NCBI RefSeq assembly: GCF_000315625.1 | Contig: NW_005434590.1 | Span: 275,950 to 339,949 of the forward strand | Reading direction: 5' to 3' | DNA from: Guillardia theta CCMP2712 | Taxonomy: Eukaryota; Protista; Cryptophyta | DNA length: 64,000 nucleotides | Shown here: piece by piece, positions 34,196 to 45,400 of the stretch | How positions within the stretch are numbered: position 1 is the first letter of the stretch | How the letters are laid out: every line of letters begins with the position of its first letter | The notes under the pieces: generated by a model | What the model was told of the DNA's origin: nothing | The model's database searches: none | What the model saw: the letters and a program-made list of their open reading frames with translations, nothing else | Program-made: the position numbers and the translations under genes

Positions 34196-37100
34196 TTAAA
34201 GTATCTTAGTGATCTGCTCAGGGTCCCAATCCCTTGTATCCTCTTGTGTCTCTTGTTCCTCATCATAGACGATGAAATTGAGCAGCAGCTCGTCAAGATC
34301 TGCCTTTGTGCCATCAACAAGCCTCAAGCTCAGCCTCTGGCCGCCTTGAAGCAGCCTATCATTTACCTTGAAGTTCTTTTGGAACTTATAAGATGAGTTC
34401 TGATAGGTGCTTGTCGCATTGCTTTCTACCACAGTTGGTTGGATATCCAAAGCAACATTGTATATCCTTAGATCTTTGAGCTCACCGATGAATTCTCCGA
34501 TGACAAGCCCATCAACAAGATCGGCGGTGATAGCCTCTGAGCTATCGATTACAGTCTGTTCAACGCCATCGATGTATATCCTATTGACAGCCTGATCATT
34601 GGTGAACGCATAGTTATGCCAGAGGCCATCATTGATATATCCATTTGTGACAACCGAATAATAGTTGATTGAACTGTTCAGCTTGAATTCAAGATCGCCT
34701 GTGTCCTTCCCGCGAATCATTAGTTTATCGGTCTCATCACGCAATATAGTATCAACCCCAATACTGTTATAACCTGTAATCTTCAAATCAAAGGATATGG
34801 TAAGCCCAGTCTGTCCCTGACTGATAATGTAATATGGCACCTCAACAGAAGTAGACCTAGTCTTATCGGGTGTATCATCAAAGGATTGTAACACATAACC
34901 ATAGGGGCTTACCTCTGTGAATGTGAAATCATTGTAATATACCTCTCTTGTGTATTGAAGGACGACATAGCCATTGATTCCATCGGTCCCATTGAATCCA
35001 CCCTTTCCGACATCAGTGATTGGAGTGAATGGCAAGGGATCGGTAGGAGCTCCACTGGTTCCACCTGATGTGCTCTTGCCTGCTATGCCTCCTTTGTGGT
35101 CTAGCTTAGTCACTGCTGAGTGCCCCCAGTAGGAGGACCCACCACCACCACCAAAGAAAATTCCACCATTATATCCCGCACCACCACCGCCCCACCAACC
35201 AGCCCCGCCTCCATTCCCATATGAAGAATTAGCATCACCACCATAGAACTTACCTCCAATGTTTCCATCATTCATAGCATCACCAGCAGCTCCCCCTGCT
35301 GTCTGACCTCCACCGCCTCCGCATTTGATATCTCCATCTTTTCCTTTCCCACCATCTGCTCCTGTTCCATCATCCCAAGGACTGCCCTTCCCACCTCCAC
35401 CGCCAGCACAAACAGTATCTCCTGTGGTAAGAAAACTAGCATATCCCGAACCAGCACCACCACTTCCAGCAATTGCAAGAGCGGTGCTCGTGTTACCAAC
35501 CCTGTTGCTAGTTATTCCAATACTTCCACTAAAAAGTCCAGTCAACCCACCACCACCTGCTCCATGATCACCATTTCCATCGCCTCCACCTGTCCAAGCT
35601 GGATTATTCACTCTGCCACCCTGCCCAACCAACAACTTGATATCTGTCATATTTGTAACATCGACCTTACACTTCAAGAAAGCACCACCGCCGCCACCAT
35701 AATGGATATCACTGAATGTTCCTCCGCCACCACCAGCCCCCCAAACATAGGCCGTGATCTCGGTGACTCCCGAGGGAACTGACCAAGTATAAAGCCCATA
35801 ATCTGTGCCTACATCTGTTCTTGTGTCATCATACGTGAATGTCTCAGTGAAGACTGTCATTTGCTGAAAGTATTTTTGAACCGATCCAGTGTATAGCTCA
35901 GAGACTTGGTCGGCTGTCAGTTCTGTATTGTAGATGCGGAAGTCATCAACAAGACCATCAACTTGTTGTCGTACATCATTGAATCCACCTGAAATGTAAT
36001 AGACATCTCTTTGTCCTGCTAATGGATACTTTGCTGATGTGGTTGTATATTTAGAGACATTATTTACATATATTCGAATCGTAGCACTAGAATAACCACT
36101 AGCATCTCGTACAGAAGTTTGTTTAACATTTAAAACAATATGATTCCACGAATTATATGTATATAAATCATTGGCGCTTGTATTGCTATAAGGAGTGTCT
36201 GTATAGAATACATAATAAATTAAGTTTTTAATAGTACTGTCTGAGAGCAAAAGAAAGCAATTTCTGTAACTATTATCCAAGTCTTGAAAATCGAAAAGTA
36301 TTGGATATCTATTATCACCAGCACCTTTCATATAGACCCAAAAACTGACTGATACAGCTGTGTTATTATCAAACAATGTAGCAATTGGGTCACCAGCCTG
36401 TACATCCATCTCGCAATAACTAATATCACCAGCAACATAGTTCATATCCAGCGCTCCATTTCCCTTAACAGAGCTTGATGTGATTGTTGGATAATTTCCA
36501 GTGGTCCCCTTCCTCTTTAATCTAAGCTTTATCTGATTTGCGCTGTGATCAATGAAATAATTGCCATTGGCATCACTCTGTAAATCTTCTTGTTGGAACT
36601 TATACCAGACCAATGGATCGATATCATTCCCTGAACCATCCTTCAATACTACATAACCATTCTTAACGAATCCAGAGGGTAAGGCACTGACTCCATTGCT
36701 ATCTTTCAAGTCAATGCTTCCAGCTGTTGAGAAATCAATTGTGTAATTGCCAGAAGATGTTATGTTGTATGTGTTGGGCAACGTTGTATCACTAGGGAAT
36801 GTTAATTCATCGCCGATCCTTAGATAGGTTGTTGTTGTAGTGTTGATAGTCTCTGCTGACCAGACAAAGCTCTGATTCAATGGTATCTGGTTAAAGTCAT
36901 AATTATTGACACTATCAACATAGTTGTTGTTGAAGCTGTACTTTGCTATCAGATCGGTCTCGGGATACTGATAAGCAGAAGATGTTGAGGAAGCAAAGAT
37001 AGGAATAGCATAAAGCAAGGCTCCAAGACTAGACTTATAGAAGCTGTCATAAGCGTCTGTATCATCAAGGAACTGGTCAGCGTACAGCTTGATGTAGTTT

Positions 37101-37273
37101 TGCGATGTGTTCTTGGCCTGGACATTGTTCAAGACTATCCTGGCATTCTTTGATAGGACCTGTTGATTGGGCAGATTGAGATTCCAAGTGACAACATCTG
37201 ATTTGGTGCTTACATCATCATTAAGATCAAGATGTAAATCAAATATCTTTTTAGGTTTGAACAGTGATACCAT
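34196..37273 (-). CDS. 1025-aa putative spike: capsid-like scaffold with inserted LamG-like and glycine-rich domains
   Basis: N- and C-termini align with the 177-aa neighbour; LamG motifs SVSFWV, WNHIV, DDFRIYN and LWHNYAFT, DLRIYN; VWGAGGGGG...GGGGSSY Gly-rich domain. Confidence 0.8.
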   Translation of the reverse strand: MVSLFKPKKIFDLHLDLNDDVSTKSDVVTWNLNLPNQQVLSKNARIVLNNVQAKNTSQNYIKLYADQFLDDTDAYDSFYKSSLGALLYAIPIFASSTSSAYQYPETDLIAKYSFNNNYVDSVNNYDFNQIPLNQSFVWSAETINTTTTTYLRIGDELTFPSDTTLPNTYNITSSGNYTIDFSTAGSIDLKDSNGVSALPSGFVKNGYVVLKDGSGNDIDPLVWYKFQQEDLQSDANGNYFIDHSANQIKLRLKRKGTTGNYPTITSSSVKGNGALDMNYVAGDISYCEMDVQAGDPIATLFDNNTAVSVSFWVYMKGAGDNRYPILFDFQDLDNSYRNCFLLLSDSTIKNLIYYVFYTDTPYSNTSANDLYTYNSWNHIVLNVKQTSVRDASGYSSATIRIYVNNVSKYTTTSAKYPLAGQRDVYYISGGFNDVRQQVDGLVDDFRIYNTELTADQVSELYTGSVQKYFQQMTVFTETFTYDDTRTDVGTDYGLYTWSVPSGVTEITAYVWGAGGGGGTFSDIHYGGGGGAFLKCKVDVTNMTDIKLLVGQGGRVNNPAWTGGGDGNGDHGAGGGGLTGLFSGSIGITSNRVGNTSTALAIAGSGGAGSGYASFLTTGDTVCAGGGGGKGSPWDDGTGADGGKGKDGDIKCGGGGGQTAGGAAGDAMNDGNIGGKFYGGDANSSYGNGGGAGWWGGGGAGYNGGIFFGGGGGSSYWGHSAVTKLDHKGGIAGKSTSGGTSGAPTDPLPFTPITDVGKGGFNGTDGINGYVVLQYTREVYYNDFTFTEVSPYGYVLQSFDDTPDKTRSTSVEVPYYIISQGQTGLTISFDLKITGYNSIGVDTILRDETDKLMIRGKDTGDLEFKLNSSINYYSVVTNGYINDGLWHNYAFTNDQAVNRIYIDGVEQTVIDSSEAITADLVDGLVIGEFIGELKDLRIYNVALDIQPTVVESNATSTYQNSSYKFQKNFKVNDRLLQGGQRLSLRLVDGTKADLDELLLNFIVYDEEQETQEDTRDWDPEQITKIL

Positions 37274-37307
37274 TGTGACTGGTATATTTATAAAAAGAAA
37301 AATATTA

Positions 37308-37841
37308 TTATTTCAACCAATTAGGCTGGTTCGATTTGTTAGAGATAAGCTGATCAGCACTCCAAGGTCCCGTATCTTTTTGTAACTCGATCTCCTCGTC
37401 GTAAACCACGAGGGTAAAGAAGAGCTGTTCAATATCCACCTTGGTAATGTTCATAAGATTGATGCGAAACTGATTGGTTCCTGATAAGAAGTTCTCCTTA
37501 CACTTCCAGTTCTTTGATATCTTTGGGTTATAGTTTTGATATGAGACAGTCGCGGCATCTTTGCCAACATTGAATAGCACAGCACCATAGATGCCATTGC
37601 CCTTGCTATCAAATGTAAGGGATGTATCAACATCATTTGTATACAGATAGACGATATCTGTTGTGTCAACCTTCTTGATATATAAGGAATCCAATACAAT
37701 CCTAGCATGTTCAGACAGGATTTGACCGGTTGGATTCTTGATCTGCCAAGTTAGAGTGGTAGCCGAATCGCTGGTCTCTTGTACATCATTGATATCGAAG
37801 CTGAGGTGTATCAATTTCTTAGGCCTGAAAAGTTTAGGCAT
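37308..37841 (-). CDS. Putative small beta-rich structural protein (minor capsid-like), paralog of the 1025-aa protein termini
   Basis: Shared LF.PKK, LS..ARIVL, GA.L, YQN....KN.K, VYDEE and DT..W motifs. Confidence 0.75.
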   Translation of the reverse strand: MPKLFRPKKLIHLSFDINDVQETSDSATTLTWQIKNPTGQILSEHARIVLDSLYIKKVDTTDIVYLYTNDVDTSLTFDSKGNGIYGAVLFNVGKDAATVSYQNYNPKISKNWKCKENFLSGTNQFRINLMNITKVDIEQLFFTLVVYDEEIELQKDTGPWSADQLISNKSNQPNWLK

Positions 37842-37860
37842 TTATATAACTGGCATATTT

Positions 37861-38169
37861 TTATTCGATCACCTCGATGCCCTGAACTATGCCACTGATT
37901 TGATCAGCCTTGTCCTTCATCTCTTCGATCTCTTTCTTCAATTCTGGATCCTTCTCATAGTCTGGTTCGGTCTTATCTGGATGGTATAGATAGTCAAGAC
38001 AGGCTGTATAGAGGATTGATGGGGGGATGTCTGGATACATCTGGCTGATATTGTTCACCATTTCCATTGCCTCCTTATGCTTCCTGTCTCTCTCCTCCTC
38101 CTCCTCGATCTCTTGGAGCTGCTGTGAGACGTCGATGAATTCACTTCCGGTCATCTTTATTATAAGCAA
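37861..38169 (-). CDS. PLV hypothetical protein
   Basis: Tightly packed ORF downstream of the ATPase. Confidence 0.65.
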   Translation of the reverse strand: MLIIKMTGSEFIDVSQQLQEIEEEEERDRKHKEAMEMVNNISQMYPDIPPSILYTACLDYLYHPDKTEPDYEKDPELKKEIEEMKDKADQISGIVQGIEVIE

Positions 38170-38172
38170 CCA

Positions 38173-39084
38173 TTAAAATTCTAGGATTCTATCCCAACAT
38201 CTCAAGAAGTGGCCACCATCTGGGCACCTAGGGTGGTTGTTTACGGTAAGCCAGTTATACTTCTCTTCAATACAGTGTTCATATAATTGTTCAAACACCT
38301 CTGGTTTTACTAGGCCGCTGATCTCGTCATATATACCTTCCATAATCACCTTCTTGTTCATACATCGATATATCATATACACATCGATGTTGTTTCGTAC
38401 GATCTTTGGGATGGATTTGAGATTTTGAGTTGTGAATATCATATTGATGCCGTAATGCCTATGCTTGATTAGGAAGTTGCTAAGCTTGTTGTTCTTCTTT
38501 GTGTTGAAGGCCTTGTTATCTGAGATGAGATCATCGAAGACAAAGAACACCACAGGTGGCTTCTTGTATTTAAGATTGCCAAAGGCGACATCAGGCTCTT
38601 GGAAATCGTACTTATAGAGCAATTCAAGTTCATCCATTGTCAATCTGTCTTCACCGACCTTCATCCATCTGCTATAAGCCTTCTTATACTGATCATATTC
38701 CTCTATGTCCTTCTTTATCTGCTGGACCTCATCAATCTTCTCTTGGAGTTTATCCTCAGAATACTCATCAACAACATCATTCTCAAGGTCTAGCTGCTTG
38801 ACTGTCTCTAATATGGTATTGGATTTGCTCTGGACGGTAGGAGAGAACCACACCACCTTGATATCGATCTTCTTGCTATCCTCTGGGTCATAGAACGGGT
38901 ACTTTTCATAATGGTGGAATAATTTCGCTATCCCGAATGTTTTACCGCAATTCTTAGAGGCTACCGCAAGTATTGAACAGTACACAGGAGGCAGGAAAGG
39001 ATTATCGGAAGTTGGAAGCTTATTCTTCTTGTAAGGTTTAGGCTTGTTATCTAGCAATGGTATCTGGTGCTCTGTTATATCCAT
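38173..39084 (-). CDS. A32-like (FtsK-HerA) genome packaging ATPase
   Basis: Walker A ASKNCGKT, Walker B FFVFDD, RHYGINMIFTTQ, IPKIVRNN. Confidence 0.93.
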   Translation of the reverse strand: MDITEHQIPLLDNKPKPYKKNKLPTSDNPFLPPVYCSILAVASKNCGKTFGIAKLFHHYEKYPFYDPEDSKKIDIKVVWFSPTVQSKSNTILETVKQLDLENDVVDEYSEDKLQEKIDEVQQIKKDIEEYDQYKKAYSRWMKVGEDRLTMDELELLYKYDFQEPDVAFGNLKYKKPPVVFFVFDDLISDNKAFNTKKNNKLSNFLIKHRHYGINMIFTTQNLKSIPKIVRNNIDVYMIYRCMNKKVIMEGIYDEISGLVKPEVFEQLYEHCIEEKYNWLTVNNHPRCPDGGHFLRCWDRILEF

Positions 39085-39163
39085 TTACTAATTGATAAGA
39101 AATTAGTAATAGCTAGGCCTTAGCAGATCACTAACATAATTGAGGCGTTCCTGGTTGACCTTC

Positions 39164-39643
39164 TCACGCAATCGTTCGTTGATCGCGTTCAAGGCTTGTT
39201 AATCTTCCAAGATTTTTATCATCAGAACCATGGTGGGGATAGCGTGGCTCTGAGCGTTTGACTCTCCTAACCACAATCTCCTCATCGCTCTCTTCTTCGT
39301 CATCGCTCTCCTCGATAATGATCTTCTTCTTCTTCTTAACAATCTTAGATACCTTGGGCGGATCATTTTGCTCCTGTGCTGGTTCGACTGGTTTAGCAAC
39401 GAGCTTTTCCACAGTCTTATCAAACTCATCACCTTCCTTCTTCAAGGCCTCCATTTTGATTAATTTGTTAAACTTGCTCTTTTGATTCAACTTAGCTTTT
39501 TGCTTTCTTGCTTCCTCTGCTTTGATGCGCATTAATTTGAGACGTTCCAAAAGTTCTGGCGAGCACTCCTTTTTCTGCTTGGTGACCACCTGTGCTTGTT
39601 GGTCAACATCTGTCTCTTCAATGACCTTCGGTTTTCTTCCCAT
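39164..39643 (-). CDS. Lys/Glu-rich PLV protein
   Basis: ATG 39643, MGRKPK...LERLKLMRIKAEEARK...KKKKKIIIEESDDEEE. Confidence 0.7.
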   Translation of the reverse strand: MGRKPKVIEETDVDQQAQVVTKQKKECSPELLERLKLMRIKAEEARKQKAKLNQKSKFNKLIKMEALKKEGDEFDKTVEKLVAKPVEPAQEQNDPPKVSKIVKKKKKIIIEESDDEEESDEEIVVRRVKRSEPRYPHHGSDDKNLGRLTSLERDQRTIA

Positions 39644-39681
39644 TTGTAAGAAAGTAAAGAAAAAAAAATTACTTAAATTGC

Positions 39682-40026
39682 TCAAGGGCCATGAACTGGC
39701 CGAGCCATCTTTGGAACATCCTTAATATTGTGCTTAGTGTACATCACAGTAACATCACGATTACCCACCATCTCTTGAAGCATTGGTTGGAAATCCTCGT
39801 AGTTAACATCTGGCCTCGATTGCTTGGAGTTGTAGATGTCACGCTTAAAAGCTGTGTCACGCTGCTGATAATAGTTAGAACTGGTAGGATAGGGCATTTT
39901 ATTGATATCATCGTTTGGATGGATCCGCGGGTTCACAGTGTGATGATCGACTTTATTCACTTCGATATCTAGGAAGCTTAAATGGTTCTTGTAACCATAG
40001 CTGAACGTGCTTGGTTGGAGATACAT
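39682..40026 (-). CDS. PLV hypothetical protein (114 aa)
   Basis: ATG ORF directly after the major capsid gene. Confidence 0.65.
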   Translation of the reverse strand: MYLQPSTFSYGYKNHLSFLDIEVNKVDHHTVNPRIHPNDDINKMPYPTSSNYYQQRDTAFKRDIYNSKQSRPDVNYEDFQPMLQEMVGNRDVTVMYTKHNIKDVPKMARPVHGP

Positions 40027-40062
40027 TCTTCTTTTAATCTAATGCGAGATTATTTAGTCTAG

Positions 40063-41560
40063 TTAATTGATACTAATTTGGTTTCCTGAACCGATAGTCA
40101 AATGTCTTGTTTCACAGCAGATGATAAGAGGTAACCATACCTGGTCTGAGGAACTCTTACCAGATGTAACGCTTCCTCGCGTGGACCACTCGATAGAAAC
40201 AGGGAGCTGCCTTGTGTCGAGGCCTGAAATAACCATAGTGCCTCCCGCATCGCCAACGTGCGATAAACTAAGGGTGTCGCAGAAGAAGTACTTCACATAA
40301 TCGCTAATACTCTTATTCCCAGCATAAAAACCAAGATCAGCAGACTGATGAAGATTGAATGCTTCAACTGTGTTCTGAATACAGTTCATCAGATTGGATG
40401 GAACCTGTGGTAGCTTCTCAGATCCGATGGTCCATTGGCTGGTGACGAGCTCTTCACCATTCCTTTGGAAGTATACGGTTTGGTTGAAGGTGTTTTCTGA
40501 TGGTCCTAGGATAAGGGCCTCTCCAAGGGTTTTGTCAGTTGGTAGCACAAATCCACTCACTTTAGAGAGATCATCGCGGTCAGCCCTGATGAATGTCCCG
40601 ATCATATAATCGAGACTATCGCTTGCGATTGTGAACCGTGTCGTTTGCGACTTATACGGGCTTGCCTGGCCAAAGAATGTGGTATAGTTTGGAAAATAAA
40701 GCTCGTAATTTGTCCCTTTCATAAGCTGATTTTTAAGGCCCTCATAATACCATCCAGGCATATTGATTTTGGTCACGTTGGCTTTGATGTCGCTTAGCTT
40801 ATAGCTTGGGGCTGGAAATATATTCTCGCTTGCTGTTGTAGAAGTAGTTCCTTTAGAATTTCCCAAAACAGCAGCACTTGCAAATGTGATGCTGATCTGA
40901 ACTTGACCAATCATTGAAGTATCTATGACGTTAATGTTTCCTTGCTGTAGGACACCTAAGAAATTTTTGATGAAATAAGTTGATCTGTCCTTAACAAGAT
41001 TGCTATCAAGAGCTGTTGTGCTAACAAATCTTGCAAATCGTGCGTATGTACTAATGGTGCCATCATCATTGACAACGCTCTTGCTCGAGGGATCCACATT
41101 CAGACCACAGCATTGAGCGCGGCCCATAGCATCTTGGTTTAGTGCCACAATGTCAAACAAGATGTTCTGGATCATGGCATAATCGGTGATCACGGTGCTG
41201 AACCACAACGCCATTGAATTTTATTTGTATCTCTTGGATAAGACTGTAAGTGTTCCTCGGGAATCGGAGAGATGTCACAGATTGTGACCCAGATGCTCCT
41301 GATAGAACACCGTTTGTTGTCTCTCCAGTAAATTCCAAGCTAAAGGTCGACAGATCAAGCAATGAAGAGTAAGGCAACGTGATCTGGATCTTCTGGTTAG
41401 GTCCAACCGTGGAGGGCGTGGTAGGCGTGATTTGTATCTTGGTTTTCGACATGTTCGCTAACGAGCGCACCCGCCATTGTAAGTTAGTTGGAACGTACAT
41501 TCCAGCCGTTTCAGGAGAGGGCCCAGACATTGCGGCTTGCGACATTGCGTTTTGAAACAT
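40063..41560 (-). pseudogene. Major capsid protein (double jelly-roll, PgVV-like PLV type), frameshifted near 41190
   Basis: Two overlapping ORFs. N-part has ITLP..SLLDL.TF and FPRN..SLIQ.I.I..NG; C-part ends SGLDTR...HLTIG.G.QI. Removing 4 nt gives a 497-aa protein. Confidence 0.82.
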
Positions 41561-41607
41561 CTTTGCTTTTAAAAGACAGACAGAAAAAAAAATAAGATTT
41601 CAAATTC

Positions 41608-42417
41608 TTAATTTAAGCCGTATTTTTTCCTCAACATCATCTCATAATGTTCAAGGCTGCTTGGATGAGAAATAGTATTTGCATGATAAGCCCTCGATAG
41701 TATCCCCCATAATCCATACTTAGTGATGAGGTACTGCGATAGCTTATGGATAGGATTCGAGAATGAATGTTCAAGCTGTATCTTGTATTTTTCAAACAGC
41801 TCGATGAATCGAATCTGCCTGTTATAAGACATATTCGAGAACCTCACAATCTGGTCTCTTGTCCAATCGCTCAAGGCCACAGAGGGTATCTCTACTTGCT
41901 GGCCTGGAGATCTTGAACCGGCTGCCGGTGAGTTAACTTCATCTTGTGACATCGGTCCGCTGTCTTCAAATTCCGACTCGTTAACTCCTCCTGATCCGAT
42001 GCCTAAGGCTTGGTTCATAATAGAATCGGTCTGATTAAACGATTCACGCTCTGGTTTGATGACATCTGGGGCTAAATCTTGAACATTGTTGTCATCATTC
42101 GGTGCTAATTGTTGACTGACCACATCAGGATTGTATTGCGTTGGGATTTCAGTGCTCCCCTGTGGTTGGGTTGCCGCAGCACCATATCGAGATGGAATCC
42201 CTAACCCCTCGTTATTGTACATTGGCAGGCTAGGGGCCTTGTTCATATATGGTATAATGTTTTGTATGTGTGCCTGACTGGGTGGCTCAGGATCATCAGT
42301 GTTGGATTGGAGCTCTGGAATATATTTATTCTTCGATTGCTGATTGTTCTCATTTTTAATATTCACCTCAACATTTACACCTGTCTTCCTATTTCTTACT
42401 TTGGTCTTCACAGTCAT
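41608..42417 (-). CDS. PLV hypothetical protein (269 aa)
   Basis: Intact ATG ORF upstream of the major capsid gene. Confidence 0.7.
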   Translation of the reverse strand: MTVKTKVRNRKTGVNVEVNIKNENNQQSKNKYIPELQSNTDDPEPPSQAHIQNIIPYMNKAPSLPMYNNEGLGIPSRYGAAATQPQGSTEIPTQYNPDVVSQQLAPNDDNNVQDLAPDVIKPERESFNQTDSIMNQALGIGSGGVNESEFEDSGPMSQDEVNSPAAGSRSPGQQVEIPSVALSDWTRDQIVRFSNMSYNRQIRFIELFEKYKIQLEHSFSNPIHKLSQYLITKYGLWGILSRAYHANTISHPSSLEHYEMMLRKKYGLN

Positions 42418-42441
42418 TTATCTTATTGATTGAAATTATTT

Positions 42442-45400
42442 TTAACTACAATGATATGAACATCCTATGAAAACAGCTATATACTCAACTCCTTGGTAAG
42501 TCTCATATCGATGCTTAAAATTCTTGTAATACCAATCTGAATCTTCATCAATAAAATCAACTGAACAGCTTGTCTTGGCTACTGTATAATTATGAAGTAA
42601 ATCATCAGATTGCTTCATACTGTATCCCTTGATTGGACTTGAACATAGATAATCGCCATTCTCTATGGCTTCAACGCCATAATTACAGCACCATATAGCC
42701 CCCTCGCCGACCGCATTGATCATAACTCTATTGTTGTCAAGCTTAGGATATGAATAATGCCACCTTCCAGTCTTATAGATTCTTTTATCTCCTCCCTCCA
42801 CGTTGGAGATCACACCATACACAGCTTTGTCACATTGAATGTCTGTTAATTTGATTATTGGCAGCGAGCTATCAATGCGAATGTTAGAGCTAAAATCATA
42901 ATCTGTTCTATTCAAGTCTTGATAAAATCCAGTGGTAGAAACCAATAGACCCTGATAGTAGTCAAGGTTAGATGTTATCTCATCTAATAGATTTGAGGTT
43001 ACAGCAATACAACGATGAGAGCCCGTGAAGTCTAGATCATCATTGGCATTGTCATTATGTCTCAACCATTGCTCACCTGTATCATCTAAAGCACCATATT
43101 GAAACATCAAATCATTTGTTGCGCTGGTTCCTCCAAATGATACAGAATTCAATAATTTATAAATAACCCATTCTCCACTATCAACAGCACCAGAACCACC
43201 CTTGGGTATATAGATACGGTCCAAGCTTATTCCAGTACATTTGACATAATTATCTGTTATTCTTCCCCATTCTCCAAGATTTAAATAACCTTGATCATTC
43301 ATTGAAATACCTTTGTAAATAGCGCATCCACTAGATCGTCCATAAAGTCTTGTCCAAGTGCTGTCACTCTGTAAAATTTCAGTGCCTGAAATATGATAGC
43401 TCCCATCTGTTTCAATGTTGCCAGTAGATGAAATTGATGAAGGACTAAAAGCACCACAACTCAATGTGCCTGAACAAGTAACATTTCCTATCAAAAATGA
43501 TGTTAGGCTAACATACAAAGTGCCTGTGACCTCCAAATCATCGGCATAATCTGTGGCGACTAGATTCCCATTGACGGTCAAATCTCCCGAGCATGTAACA
43601 TTACCGGTAAAGGATGATGTGCCTGTTACACTTAGATTATTCCCACAGCTTACGGCTCCGGTTAAGGTTGATGTGCCTGATATGCTTAGATTGTTTGCGC
43701 AATTGATATTAGCAGCAAAATCAACATCAACGGTTATAGTTCTAAAATCAAAATTGGTTCCATGTGGATAAATCTTAATAACCTCTCTTTCTTTTACAAG
43801 AGCACCATATCCAGACATACCAGTTGCTGAAAATCCTTGATATGGATTTGCTTTATCACCTCCAAGTATTGATATAGAAGCATAAGTTGCTCCCTTTGTG
43901 ATTGTTTCAGTTGCTGAACCACTTGCCCAAGTTGATGAAGTGTGAACATGAAAAGCTAAGTTTGTTTTCCTATTTGTTCTTTCATCTGATGGTGTGCCTA
44001 AACTGTTTTGAATAACCAAGGATTTGCTTTCAATCCACGTATTATTGTTTGCTTCATCAAGAGCAACATCAATATTATTTTTGTACTTCCATCTATTATT
44101 GACATCGTCATAAATGCCCCATTCATTATTGCCATCATGCGTAAATACAACCCTGCCATCAATGCTGTATCCTTCCCAATTATTAGTTCCTGAACCATTG
44201 ATTTGAACACTGCCATATTGACCTGAGACAGTTGATAAATAGTTTGTATCGTTGATGTATAGATCCCCAACTCCAATGTTCAACCCATCAATATATTCCT
44301 TGGTGTAATAGTTCTCGTTAGAAGTGTCAATCTCGGTCTTGGTGTAATAATTGGGTAAAACAACATCATCAAGAAACAATGTCTTACCTTTGAAGATTGT
44401 TTTGTAGTCTCTCAAAACATTGATCATCTCAATAATACCACCAGAGGTTTCGCTTTCCTGTAGTGTAAAACCAAACACATGTTCATCTAATTCTGTTTGT
44501 GTCAGTTCATTCCCTAGTGTTAAGATCTCCTCGCCTTGGAATGATATAAGCCTGCTATCTAATTCAGTAGTAGGGTTTCCTTCAACATCGATCTTATATG
44601 TGCTATCATATACATATGCTTCGCCAGCAGCTAGATTGAGTTGTGATCCATCTGTTGTGTTGCGTGAATATATCTTGATTGCTCTGTCTTGATGAAGTCT
44701 ATGTATTATCTCTGTCTCTAACAGATTTATAACAGTGCCAATAGCAAGTCGTAAAACATTGATCCAGTTCAATAAAAACAAGCCATCGGCCTTGCTAGTA
44801 TTCAAGGATGAAGCTATCAACCCCCCAACAAAACCAGCACCAGCGGAAGCAAAGTCGCCCAGCCCAGAGAAGATATCGAATGCGCTATTTGCTGTATCAA
44901 CTATATCTCCAAGATTGGCTTCATCATCTGGGTTTGATATGCTGTTAACACTATCTACTAGTCCATTGATGCTATCAATGATGTCCTGAACAGTAATATA
45001 TGAGCCATCTTGCTTTCTCAAACTGATTGTATAGGTAGCCGCTTGATCATCATAGAGCAATTGGATCAGATCGGAGTCATTGTTGAACAGTGCTGTCAAT
45101 GTTTGATTGTTGGCATTCTCAGCTAGGTTTATGATAGATTGTAAGGTAGATATTGCGTTGGAGTTGTTTTCAACATCACTTGATAAATCTGTTATTGTTG
45201 ATTGTAAGGTGTCAATGCTCGTGGTGTTGGCATCAACACTTGTTTGTAGGGTGTCAATGCTCGTAGTGTTGGCTTCAATGCTCGTTGCGTTGGCTTGAAT
45301 GTTCGCTGCGTTGGCTTCAATGCTCGTTGCGTTGGCTTCAATGCTCGTTGCGTTGGCTTCAATGCTCGTTGCGTTGGCTTGGATATCATCTGTGTTTGTA

